From assembly GCF_009914755.1 (NCBI RefSeq), contig NC_060940.1: a stretch of 64,000 nt of DNA; one strand, given 5' to 3'. A model generated the notes under the pieces. It was given only the letters and a program-made list of their open reading frames with translations, was not told the origin of the DNA and ran no database searches. Made by a program: the position numbers and the translations under genes. Shown here in pieces: positions 28,951-41,279 of this stretch (its first letter is position 1; the number at the start of each line of letters is the position of its first letter). The stretch comes from the human T2T-CHM13v2.0 reference genome, Homo sapiens.

Positions 28951-29407
28951 CGTATCAGTCAACAAATGCTACAGAAGTGCTGTGTAACAAATCACCTCAA
29001 AACTTCATAATTATTATGTTCTCTTGGATTGTGTATCAGCTGAAAATGGGCTGATCTTGGCTAGACTCATTCGTGTGTCTGGAGGTCAGGTGGAGGCAGA
29101 AGGATTTAGATGGCGCTTGGCTGGGTGGTTTGTTTTATGTCTGTCTTACCAATTCTGGAACTAGTGGGCTAGCCCAGGCATGTCCTTCTTAGGGTAATGG
29201 CAGAGCACACTCAAACTCTTTGAGCCTTTGCAGACATCATACTTATTGACGGTACATTGGCCAAAGCCAGTCACATGGCCAAACAAAAATCAAAGGGTGG
29301 AGAAATAGGGTTCATCTCTTTACTGAAGGAAACTACAAAGTCACATGGCCAGAGGGTATGGCTGCAGAATGCAGTAAGAGGTGGGGACCATTCCTGTAAT
29401 TCCCCAT
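28951..29407 (-). mobile_element. MLT1G/H-like LTR
   Basis: gctgtgtaacaaatcacctcaaaact...cattggccaaagccagtcacatggcc. Confidence 0.7.
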
Positions 29408-29878
29408 GGGCTCTCAGCAGCTCAGGTGATAGCCTTGTAGAAGTCACTGATGAAAGAGCTACCTGGTGGGAGGGGCTTTTGACTCATGGCTGGTGACCAT
29501 GCCCACCCTGGGCACCAACCCCTGTGTTCCAGTGGGGTCTGCATGTTCTTCCCTTCCATCTAAAAGCCTCTTGACCCTTCAGGTGAGACCTGCTTCTTAT
29601 CCCATAGTGTCAAGTCCTAAGACAGAAGGGGTTTTCGAATCTGGACCTATTTCTAGTCTCTGATTGTAAAATAAAGCCTAAAAGTAGACTCACGTCAGGG
29701 CCAGCTTTAATCATAATGGCTTTGGAACAGTGGATCTTTTCGGTTTCTTGTTTTCCTTCTTATGTCTTAGACTCTGGCAAATCTTCTCTACCTTTCTCCT
29801 TGGCTTCTCTTGAAGAAAACCACCAAGTGTGGTTTTATTTATTGTTTCGTTTATTTAACACCTAATGATAACAGTTAG

Positions 29879-30319
<441 letters not shown>

Positions 30320-30555
30320 TGAATGTATGCATTTTATTTTCATTTTTCACTCCCTTATATCATTTGAATTTTTATTACCATGTGTAGATATTATTTTTGT
30401 AACAAGAGAAATCAAAGAAAATACAAGGGCAGTTTTATATATTTAACTTATAATACACATTATTAAATATACTTTATATATAGAAATAAACCAGCCCTAT
30501 TATTTTCTGTTCCCAAGTCACCAGGTAGGAACAAGTTATCTTTCATTAAAAACTA

Positions 30556-30872
<317 letters not shown>

Positions 30873-30905
30873 CTACACTAGAAAGATAAGATTGATCATT
30901 AAATG

Positions 30906-31132
30906 CAGGGGCTGACAAACCATGGTCTGTGATTTAAATTTGGTTCAAGTCCTGCTTTTGTAAATGAGGTTTTATTGGAACATGGTCACGCCCATTCGTT
31001 TGCATATTGTGTGTCTGCTTTCTCTTTTGGGAGACAATGGCAGAGTTGAGTAATTGAGACAGAGACTGTCAGGTCTGAACAGCTGAAAATATTTTCTACC
31101 TGGCCCTTATAGGAAGAGTTTACAGATCCCCC
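30906..31132 (+). mobile_element. MER58A
   Basis: caggggctgacaaac...tttgtaaatgaggttttattggaaca...ctggcccttataggaagagttt. Confidence 0.85.
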
Positions 31133-31271
31133 GATTATATACACAATGAAAAAGCTGCTCCTCACACAGTTGGCCCCTTCTCTCCTTCCCTGTGGTTTGG
31201 TTTGAAGCACAGCAGACGTAGAAGTTCTACAGGGCCCGAGCTTCTCTCCTGGAGTCAAGTGCTTCAGTGTA

Positions 31272-31614
31272 CTGTCATATGTCGCATAATGACGGAGACG
31301 TGTTCTGAGAATTGTATAGTTGGTTGATTTTGTCAATGTAAGAACATCACAGGGTGCACTTATACAAACCTAGATGGTATAGTCTGCTACACACCTAGGC
31401 TATATTATGGTGTACTTATCACTCCTAGGCTGCAAACCTCTACAGCATGTTATTTTACTGCGTCTGGTAGGCATTTGTAACACAGTGGTTAGTATTTGTG
31501 TATCATATCTCAACATAGAAAAGGTACAGTAAAAATACAGCATTATAATCTTATGGACCACCATTGCAAGTGCATTCTGGAGATGTCTGAAACAGCATTA
31601 TGCAGTACATGACT
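31272..31614. mobile_element. Tigger3a/MER7A MITE (terminal bases resume at 32086-32092)
   Basis: TA-ctgtcatatgtcgcataatgacgg...acaaacctagatggtatag...catgact, continuing gactgta after the LTR. Confidence 0.85.
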
Positions 31615-31615
31615 T

Positions 31616-32085
31616 TGTAAGAGTTAAAGACAGAGGAAAGGAACACAAAAAGTGGCTCAACAAGTCAAAGATGGGTTTATTTTGGTGAATAAACCTGAGA
31701 GGTGCTTCTGGCCGATTTCTGTCAGGAGTACTCTTTCTTACAGACTAAGAGTATTTAAGGGTTTAGGGCGAGAGCTTATCACAGGCTTGGAATGTTTGTG
31801 TGGAGGAGAAGTTTATTGTGGAGTTGGAATGTCTCTGGTCAGAGGGGAGGATATCTTGGGGCTGACATCTCTCCTGCCAGAGGAGAGGTTATCTCAGGGC
31901 TGGTATGTCTCTGCTCAGGGAGGGGTTTGGAATGTTTCTGGTCAGAGATGTCATTTGTGGTTTATGGTCATGCCGATGTTAGCCATTAGGCTGATGCCCT
32001 TTGGGTTGGATTTAGGCAGTTTTTGATTAAGGGGAACCTTAAAATGGCAGTGCTTGTTCAAGATGGCTATGTTCCTGCTCTATCA
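31616..32085 (-). mobile_element. MER61-family ERV1 solo LTR
   Basis: Minus strand reads tgatagagcaggaacatagccatcttgaacaagcactgcc...aataaa...tttaactcttaca; gact duplicated at both ends. Confidence 0.8.
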
Positions 32086-32389
32086 GACTGTATGGAATTC
32101 TCTCTCTGGGGTTGTCTCAGGTCCAGATCTTTTCAGAAGAGAAAAGAGATGGTTGGGTCTTGCTCATTTTTGGAGGATTCTAGTAAATAAAGGAAGATGA
32201 AGAAGGAACAGAAGGAACAGGAGAAGAAAAGAGGAGGAGGAATAATACCCTAACAGGATTTTAAAAAGCTATGGTATATTTTTCAAGTGTGTGCTTGACA
32301 AATTGAACTTTTAGGATGTTCACATGTGCACATATATAATAAATACAAAACGATTGTTCTCTTTACAATATAATTATAGGGTTCATAGG

Positions 32390-32940
32390 AATAATGTACC
32401 ATGGGCAATGTGGTACACTGTCCAACGTTAAAGATGGCCAACCGTGGTCATTGTCCTTAAGCTTAAAGTTGGACAATGACCACAGTTGGCCATCTTTAAG
32501 CATGGACACATCCTTAAGCTTGAACACTTAGCCTGTTTCCTGTTTTAGTTTTGCTGTTATCAGTGAGGCTGTAATGAGTAGCATGGAAAGAATAGTTTTG
32601 TTCGCTTGTTTAAATCTTCTTGTAGTATAGACTTCAAGTAGACTTGTTTTTCTAGGCCAAAGAGTATGCCCAATTTCAATTCTGATAAACATCACCAAAG
32701 TGATTCCAAAAAAAGTTGTTTCAATTTCTGTGCTCACTGGCAGTGTGTTTGTGGTGCCTCTTCCTTCACAATGTTGCGAAGACTGGATATTATAAATTTC
32801 TTATCTCTTTGGCTGTTTTTCTTCCGAATTGCCAGTTCACCTCTCTGCAATTTAAAAAATTGGGTTATCTTTTTTCTTATTGATTCAAAGGAATTCATGA
32901 TACATCACAGAGATTAGCCTTTTGGTTCATTCATTGCATA
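32390..32940 (-). mobile_element. L1ME-class fragment containing the hairpin insert
   Basis: gttttgctgttatcagtgaggctgtaatg...tgctcactggcagtgt...ttgggttatctttttt. Confidence 0.55.
32428..32499. repeat. Inverted repeat: 29-bp arms, 14-nt loop
   Basis: ttaaagatggccaaccgtggtcattgtcc / ggacaatgaccacagttggccatctttaa, 28/29 complementary. Confidence 0.95.
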
Positions 32941-33061
32941 AAGAGTTTATTGAAAGGGTTGGATGGAGCCTGAGGCTTGCCGCTGTGGGAGAGAGGTGAA
33001 GATCTGAAGGTGCCTGAAGCTTTTAGGAGTTCAGATTCAAAAGGGAGAAAGGTGGAGGCTG

Positions 33062-33319
33062 GAGTTTTTCCCGTCATCAGCGGGACTGGGGGACAGTGGC
33101 TTTGCTGTCTCCTTCCTCTTCTCCATTGCACATGAGTGACCAGATTAGGAGATAAAACAGAAAGGTATTAATGTCGGTTTTTTGTGTTCAGAGTTTTTCC
33201 CGTCACTGGGGGATTAGGGGACTTTGATAGGCTTTGCTATGTCCTTCCTCTTCTCCATTGCACATGAGCGAGCAGATTAGGAGATAAAACAGAAAGGTAT
33301 TAATGTTGGTTTTTTGTGT
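33062..33319. repeat. Two-copy tandem duplication, period 129 bp
   Basis: gagtttttcccgtca...cagattaggagataaaacagaaaggtattaatgt starts at 33062 and again at 33191. Confidence 0.93.
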
Positions 33320-33549
33320 GTGGAGCGGCACGGTGTGGGGGTGGGAAGGATTTCTCCCAGTAGATCATAAGCTTTCTGAGGGCAGAGACTGCGTTTGTCC
33401 CATGACTGTATCTTCAGAAGCCAGCATAACCACCTGGTACCTCGTGGGTGTTCAGTAAATATTCCTTGTGTGCATAAGTGAATGGATCCTATCAAAAGAT
33501 GTTCTCAGACTGCCGACTCTTTGGGGGTGGTGATCATGGTGATGGTAAT

Positions 33550-33780
33550 TATACCTGCCATATATGGATTCTGTGAGCCAGGTACTGGGTCAAGCATTTC
33601 TTGTTTCCTTTAATCCTCCCAATCAGTCTGGGATGTAGGAATTATTATTAGTCCGATTTGGTAGGTGAGAAAATGGAGGCTCAGAGAGGTTAAGTGACTT
33701 CCTCAAGGTACCATAGCAAGGAATTAACCTCTAGGAGGTGTGGCTGTAGAGTCTGAACTCCAAATCATTGTGCTTTTTTG
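33550..33780 (-). mobile_element. MIR
   Basis: gagaaaatggaggctcagagaggttaagtgacttcctcaaggt. Confidence 0.75.
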
Positions 33781-35478
33781 GCTCGGAGTTCATCTGTCTT
33801 TCAAGATGCAGAATGTTTCCAACTTGGGAGCCAAAGGACCAGTGGACAGAAAGCCAGGTCTGCTGCTCTCTGTCAAAGGGGGATGGCACTGAGACCCTAG
33901 AAACGGGCACATATTAGGGAGGCTGGTTCATTTCCTGGGGACTTCCTTTGCTTGTAGTGGTCAAGGGCACACATTCTCAATTCAGACAGGCTGTTCCTCA
34001 TTATTTCTGTTACACTGGGCAAGCTGGCACCCCTCTCTGAATCCCCACTATCCTCATCGGTAAAACAGGGATGATGCTAGAGTCTCCTTACAGGACTTCC
34101 GTTGCCGAGGATTGAATGAGATCATGCATGGGGGTGCTGATCCTTCTCCAGGCTCAGAATTATCTGTGTGTGGATGAGCCGTCCTAGGTATGGTCAGACC
34201 TGTGGACAACTTGATCCCTGGTCCTGTATCCTCTGGAGTAGGTGCAGGGGCAGGAGAACCTCTTGGCATCGTCTCTGAAGCAGGGTGTGCTTGGCTGCCC
34301 TTGGAGATAGGTAGTGATGACCCATTCATGAAGCTGAAAGAAGAGAGTGGTCCTTCTACTGGGTTTAGTTGTCTTTAGAAGCTGACAGGGTTTGGAGGAA
34401 CTGCCCCTCCAGCCCCCCTCCTTCTGGTGAGCTCCTGGGCTAGCTTTGCCTTCAGCTCACAACTCTCAGGTGGACTTTAAATGGTGCTCATGGCTTTTTA
34501 AAAGACTTGTTTATCCTTTCAGATGCCAGAGCTGATGGATTTGTATGTTCCTCTCCCACTGGGGACACAAGAGATACCTTCTATTCTCCTCCTGGCTGCA
34601 TCTGACAGCCCTAAGTACCTTTCTTGCTAGAGCTCCGGGAGATTTAAGAGGTGCCAATTAATTGCTTTCCAAGCTCCCCTGGAGAATGGCAGCTGCACTC
34701 TTGGTATTTACTCTCTAAGTGGGTGAGGAGCAGAGGCGAGTTCTGCGGAGCTGAAGAGATGGCCGGCTGGGGACGGCTGCTTCAAGCAGTCTGGGATTTA
34801 GACAGAGCACATGGCTCAGGTGACAAAAGAACCTCCCCCTCACTGTGGTTTTGGCTTTGTGGGGCCATTGACTGGGCTTGTGAGAAACTCTGCTTTTATC
34901 ATGCAGGGATGATGGCCTATTGGGATGTGTATAAGGCATTTTTGATTTTGTAAAAGTGTACAGGTGAGTTTTCCCAAAGACCGCTCTACTCTCCTGGTGG
35001 GTATTGGTGAGTGCATGGGTCAAATATAACCAGTTCCTTCTGATTTCATACTTTATATTCAGACAAGGTGATTTGTTTAGTGTATGAATTAGTTTATAGA
35101 CCCTCTAAAATATTTTTTTCCTAAGTAAATGCAGAAACTGGAAATTGTCCCTTCTCAGACTACATAACCTAATATTACTGTCAGTTTTCTTGTATTCCTA
35201 CTTCCTCGAACAATATATGGCATAAAATAAATGCTCATAAATGTTTTTAAAAATAAATATTGTTGAATGTTTGGTTTGGAAACTGTGATGTCTTACCTCT
35301 AGGTATGTAAGACCACAGAATTAATTGGTGATGTAAATCTGGAAGAGGTGAATCCTCATTCAAGCTCCTGAGCTCTGTGCCTGTACAGATAGTTGAGAAA
35401 CAGTTGTGGCCATTGACTGAAGGTAGAAACTCTGAGAGGGCAAGGAAGGAACTGGACTTTTGGAATATAAATTAATGT

Positions 35479-35722
<244 letters not shown>

Positions 35723-35769
35723 TTATAGCTTTCTTCTAGGGATAGAGGGTGATCCCAGGCAGAGAGGCT

Positions 35770-36200
35770 TTTGAGATGCTGCTGCTGGGTACTGTGGTTG
35801 TTACTGAGCCTTATTGAGGCACCTGCTAGGCTGCAAGTTGTCTTCTATGAGAACATGATCTCATATGGATGCCTTGGGAGCCACGTTTTTATTCCACGAC
35901 CTCAGAATCTTGGCCATAGCTGATTGAGCCAGAGATGGACACATGATCAAGCTGGACCAGTCAGATTCTCTCTCCTGGGACTTTATAATTGGGAAGTAGA
36001 GATGCTTGTTAATCTTTGCTGTTGCCTGTCTGTGGGACCTTGGGAACTGTGAGTTGACCTTTCTTGCCAAGGAGAAGCAGGACAGCTGGTTTGCAGAGAG
36101 AAAATGAAGAAGATCTGGAGAGAGAATCAGAAACTAGGGCCGTCTGAAGACCAGAGATCCTGAAGGTAACCTTCTTGACAGATTTCCAGCTTTATCTTCC
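35770..36200 (+). mobile_element. ERVL LTR (LTR16 class)
   Basis: ttggccatagctgattgagccagagatggacacatgatcaagctggaccagtcagattctctc. Confidence 0.6.
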
Positions 36201-36309
36201 AGTTCCTCATGTTTTTTATGACTGAACAATATACATTTATTATTAAGGAAAGATGCATAGACTAGCCAATTTTAAGGTTGGAAAAGATTTTGAAAGTTTT
36301 ACTTTAAAG

Positions 36310-36551
36310 TTTTTTCTTTAGATAGGATCTCTTTGTCACCCAGCCAGAATCTATCACCCAGGCTGGAGTGTAGTGGTGTGATCATAGTTCACTGGAGCCT
36401 CTGCCTCCTGGCCTCAGGCAATCCCCACTTTAGCCTCCTGAGTAGTGGGGACTGAAGGTGGTTGCTACCACACCTGCCTATTTTTTTTGTATAGGTTGGG
36501 GTCTTACTATGTTTCCCAGGCTGGTCCTGACCTCAAGCAATCCTCCTGCTT
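36310..36551 (-). mobile_element. AluJ, partial
   Basis: Diverged antisense Alu missing its 5' end. Confidence 0.85.
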
Positions 36552-36552
36552 T

Positions 36553-36900
36553 CTTTCTTTTTATATTGACAAGATTGTATTTATGGTGTACATCATGATG
36601 TTTTGAAATCTGTATACATTGTGGATGACTAAATCAAGTCAGTTCCACATATAAATTACCTCACTTTTTTTTTTGTGGCAAGAACACAAAATCTCTCAAT
36701 AATTTTCAGGTGCATATTATCTTATTAACTACAGTTACCACGATGTACAATAGATCTCTTGAACTCATTCCTCCTGTATAGCTGAAATGTTGTGTCCTTT
36801 GACCAACATCTCCCCAGTCCCCATAAACTCCCAGCCTCTGGTAACCGCTGTCCTACTCTCTATTTTTATGAGTTTGACTTCCTTAGATTCCACATATCCA
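36553..36900 (-). mobile_element. L1MA 3' end
   Basis: tatttatggtgtacatcatgatgttttga...tgtacaatagatctcttgaactcattcctcctg. Confidence 0.85.
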
Positions 36901-37128
36901 TGATATTCCAGTTTCCCTGAGGTCTGTCTGCCCCCGCTGCCGCTTGGTTGCATGAGATATGATTGTACTGTTACAGTAACATGCTAATTTAAACTAGTTC
37001 AGTGGGTTTCTGTCACTTTCAACCAAACTGGCCTTAACAAAGGCAATGGTCCTTATGAGACCAAACTCATGCTGGTTTATGGTGAAGAATTTAGATTTTG
37101 CCAAAAGTTAGAAGCTGCTTTTTCCGTG

Positions 37129-37388
37129 TTTTTTTTTTTTTTTTTTTTTTTTTTTTTGAGATGGAGTCTTGCTGGGTCACTCAGGCCGGAATGCAGTGTC
37201 ACAATCTTAGCTCACTGCAAGCTTCAACTCTCGGGTTCAGGTGATTCTCCTTCCTCACCTTCCTGAGGAGGATTACAGGTATGTGCTACCACATCTGGCT
37301 GATTTTTGTATTTTTAGTAGAGATGGAGTTTCACTGTGTTGTCCAGGCTGGTCTCGAACTCCTGAACTCAGGTGATCCACCTGCCTCA
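37129..37388 (-). mobile_element. AluS, partial
   Basis: Long T-run plus antisense Alu, 5'-truncated. Confidence 0.9.
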
Positions 37389-38369
37389 AGTCCTCAGAGC
37401 AAAGTGGATCGAGCAAGTGGGTCAGGGGTGAACACAAGCCTTCCAGCATGGCAGACTGAAGTGCAGCCAAGGATTCTTGGGAGCCAGGTGGGAGAGCTTT
37501 CCCAGCCCGGGGACTGAGCAGGAGCCATAGAATCCAGGTTGGCTGCAGAGGTCATGGGAGGCCCGTTCCCAAAGCTTGGGTGCTTTGGGAGTCCCATCAG
37601 TCTGAGGCATGATGCCACCTTGACATTCCAAGATGTTGAGGAATGAAGTGTACAAAAGTAAGTGGTTCGTTCTCCCAGTGAGCAGCACCAGCAAAATCAG
37701 TATGGGCCAGATTTGAATTTCCTTACCATAAGTAGTCTTAGCTTTATAATTCATCCATTTCTTTTTTCCTGGTATTTTGTTTTAAGTGAAATTCTTCAGC
37801 AAAAATCCAACTTGCTTAAGGCTGAATTATGACAAAAGACAGTTGCTTACATCTGGGGCTTTTATTCTTGTTTGTCCATAAACCCAGAGCACATTGTCCT
37901 CTGCCTATTAAGACCATATGTTAAATACTGGGGAAAGGGGAGGAATTTGGACCAGGTTTGTGGTTTTCAGAGCTATTTCCTCACATTAAGTTAGTATATT
38001 GGTGCCATAATGATACTGCTTTAAGTATAAAATTGTATCATTAGTTGAGGTCTTCTGGAAAACTGTTGTGAGGATTCTGAGACTTGCTTAGCAAGAAATA
38101 ATTCTATGATCTGTCAGGGATTGCTGCCATGGGCACATATTGGGAGTGATGGCATGTGTCATTCCTGAAGTAGGAGGAGAGAAGTTTTTGGTAACAGTTA
38201 AAGAACACATTCATGGAGCATTTAGTTTTTGGATGGAACTGAGCTTAGTGTTTTGAGGATTTTAGGAAATGAACTGGCTTTTGCTGGTAGGAAGCTTCCA
38301 GTGAAGTTAATATAAATCAAGGCATATAGACATGGAGCAGCAGCTAATAACTTAAAGTAGCAAGTAATC

Positions 38370-39590
38370 AATTCATTTATAGAGTGTTTGCCATATGCCA
38401 AGCACTGTCCAAAATGCTGGAGACACCGTGATGAATACATTAAGACAGATCAATTTCCTATTCTCACATGGGAGACAAAATGGTAAACAAGCACAACAGA
38501 CAAGTCCTACAGTTCCAGACAGTGATGAGGACTCAGGAGAGAAAGACAGCTGGGTAAGTGGGAGGAGAGTGAGGGACTGTGTGGCTACTGTAGAAAAGGG
38601 GTTCGGGGAAGTCTTCCTCAAAAAGATGACATTTAAGCAGTGACCTGTGTGATATGAGGGAGCTGAATAACCCAGATACCTGTGGATGCCTAGGAAGAAG
38701 AGTATTCTAGGCAGAGAGACTAGCCAGTGCAGCAGCCTCGAGGCAGGAACGAGCTTGGTGAATTTGCAGGAGACCAAGGATGCCAGCAGGGTTGGTGCAG
38801 GATGAGTAAGGGGGGAGTAGGAGGAGAGGAGGCTGGAGAGGGTAGCAGGGACCAGATTGTGCAGGACATTTTAGCTCATGGTGAGAAGTTCAGATTTTGC
38901 TTTAAACCTGATGGAAGACCATTGGAAAATTTTGGGATAGGGAATGGCATGGTCTGATTTATATTGAGTAATACTGGATCCTGTTTGAAGAATAGGTTGG
39001 TGAGAGGCAAGAGAGAAACAGGGAATCCATCTGGCCCAATTATACTAGTCCAGGAGAGAGATCATGGGGGGTAGAATGTCGTGGCTATAATGGAGTTGGA
39101 AAAAAGTGATTGGATTGAGGATATCTTTAGAGTTGGAGCTGACAGGACTTGGGGATGGATTGGATGTGGGGTGGGGAAAAGAACTGAGATATTCCGTGAG
39201 TTTTTTTATTTGAGCCATGGCCCAGCTTCATGGACACACAACGTGAGCAGTGACTAAGAAGCCCTTGTTTAGTAGGGTCCTAAGCTTGGTTTAATGCTCT
39301 GCTTTTGCCATCTTGAAATAATGATCCATTTTAGGGTGAGGGCATCTTCATTTTGCCCTAGGTCCATGCATCATACAGCTGGCCTTGACCGAGCCAGTGG
39401 GTGGATGGTGGCCCCTTTTGTGGGGATGGAGGAGACTGGAAGAGAAACACTTTATGGAAGGGGAACACGGAGTTCTCTTCGGACCATGTTAAGTTTGAGG
39501 GGCGAGTTAGGCATCCCAGCAGAGCTGCTGTGTAAGTCACCTGGTGGAGTGTTCAGACGGGAAGCCTCCCTGCCAGGGCTGGAGCCATGG
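38370..39590 (-). mobile_element. L2, interrupted by MER45A
   Basis: atatgccaagcactgtccaaaatgctggagacacc...ttggggatggattggatgtgggg...ttcggaccatgttaagtttgag. Confidence 0.8.
39218..39388 (+). mobile_element. MER45A (hAT-Tip100)
   Basis: cagcttcatgg...gcttggtttaatgctctgcttttgccatcttgaaat...ttcattttgcc. Confidence 0.75.
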
Positions 39591-40519
39591 GGGATACATT
39601 CTGAAAGAGGTGAGATTTGGATCACCCTTTTGGGAAGAGAACATGTCAAGTTTGTTCCCCTCCTTCTGCATGGAAAAAAGAGTCAGTGGTGGGACAATGC
39701 TGGTAAATCCTTTAGTGTAGCTTTTGTCTAAATTTTTATTTCAGAGTTTGCGGCAGATCGTACCTGTTGACCTATTGGAGAGGCATAATTTTCCACCTTC
39801 TAATTGCTTTGCATATATGTTCATTTCTTCTCACACAGTTGTTTTACTCTTACCTTTCAGCCTAGGGTGACCACCAGTTCCAAAGGTGGCCTCTGCAGCC
39901 ATCTGTTGAGATTTGAGGTGACTGAGCAACCCTGGCTTTAGAAGTTTGAACCCATCATTGTACAAGTGATTCCAGGGGACTCTGTTAGAGGCAAAGAGCT
40001 GAGAAAGCCTTGGGGGACTACAGAGCAGAGTCCTGCAGGTAGTCAGGCTTGGTGAATAATGCCTCAGTCTCTAGGTACAGAGGGCTTGGACTCTATTTCT
40101 TCCTGCTCTGTGACCCTGGGAATGTCATCTAATCTCCATGGACCTTAGTAAAATGAGGATAATAATATTTTCTATTTCCCAAAGTTCCTGCAATGTAGAA
40201 ATGAGGCAATTCATGTAGAACTTTTAGCTCGGGCCATGAAACAGGGAAAGGACTCAAAAATGCAAAATGCTGCAAGTACCACTGAGAACAGTTCTTCCTT
40301 CTGTGCTGGGGTAGGAGAGCTGGTCTTAGACTGCATTGTGAAGGAAGCCTTGAGCAGTCTCCTACCTGTACCCCAAAGCTCATTTCACCTCTTGGTTTCC
40401 TTGGTGCACATCCAAACCTTCATTAAGATTGGTATTGCAACATGTCAGCAAAACCATCTGCTTACCTAGTTTTCCTTACTATGGACATGTGACTGTTTTT
40501 CCGCATCTCTTTCCCTATT

Positions 40520-40935
40520 GTACAGCAGAGCCATGCAGTTTGTGGGGTATAGGGAGATTAACCCCTACCCCACAAGCCAAGATGAGTTCTAATTAGACCT
40601 AAGCCATCTGGGTAATTTCTCTTCTATTACTCCAGTGATCGGTTCAGGGTTGGGCATACCACCCAAGACTAAGTCAATGGCATTCCATTACCACATTAAT
40701 CAATAAGGAGTGGTCATACAACCTAGAATGGTTAGCTTAGTGTAAGGCTTAGGACTTTTGTTCTTTGGCCAGTAGACATCAGTAAGGAAGCATGTGACCA
40801 TTGTTGCTTTCAACATTCATTGGCTACTCAAGATGGGAGACAAAGATAGAGTGTTTGGTGACATTGTTGCTTGATCAAACCATACCTAAAGTCCTACTTC
40901 TGTACTTTTCAGTTAAAGTCATTACATTTCCTTTA
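40520..40935 (+). mobile_element. Old ERVL LTR (LTR16/LTR33 class)
   Basis: cagtgatcggttcagggttgggcat...ttggtgacattgttgcttgatcaaaccatacctaaag. Confidence 0.5.
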
Positions 40936-40959
40936 AAACTTTCACTTCTTTGAAGTTTT

Positions 40960-41279
40960 TTTTTTTTTTTTTTTTTGGTTTTGTTTTTTTGAGATGGAAT
41001 CTTACTCCATTGCCCAGGCTGGAGTACAGTGGCGTGATCTCAGCTCACTGCAAGCTCTATCTCCCAGGTTCACACCATTCTCCTGCCTCAGCCTCTTGAG
41101 TAGCTGGGACTACAGGTTCCCACCACCACACCAGGCTAATTTTTTTTTTTTGTGTATTTTTAGTAGAGAGGGGGTTTCACCGTGTTACCCAGGATGGTCT
41201 TGATATCCTGTCCTCGTGATCTACCTGCCTTGGCCTCCCAAAGTGCTGGGATTACAGGCATGAGCCACTGCGCCCGGCC
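40960..41279 (-). mobile_element. AluY
   Basis: gcaagctc, caccattctcc, caggatggtct diagnostics; TSD acttctttgaagtttt (40944-40959 / 41280-41295). Confidence 0.95.

Noticed and set aside
33062-33319. CRISPR-like repeat-spacer reading of the direct repeats (also 43332 and 45325-45840)
   Set aside because: Eukaryotic DNA, no cas genes and no unique spacers; ordinary tandem duplications
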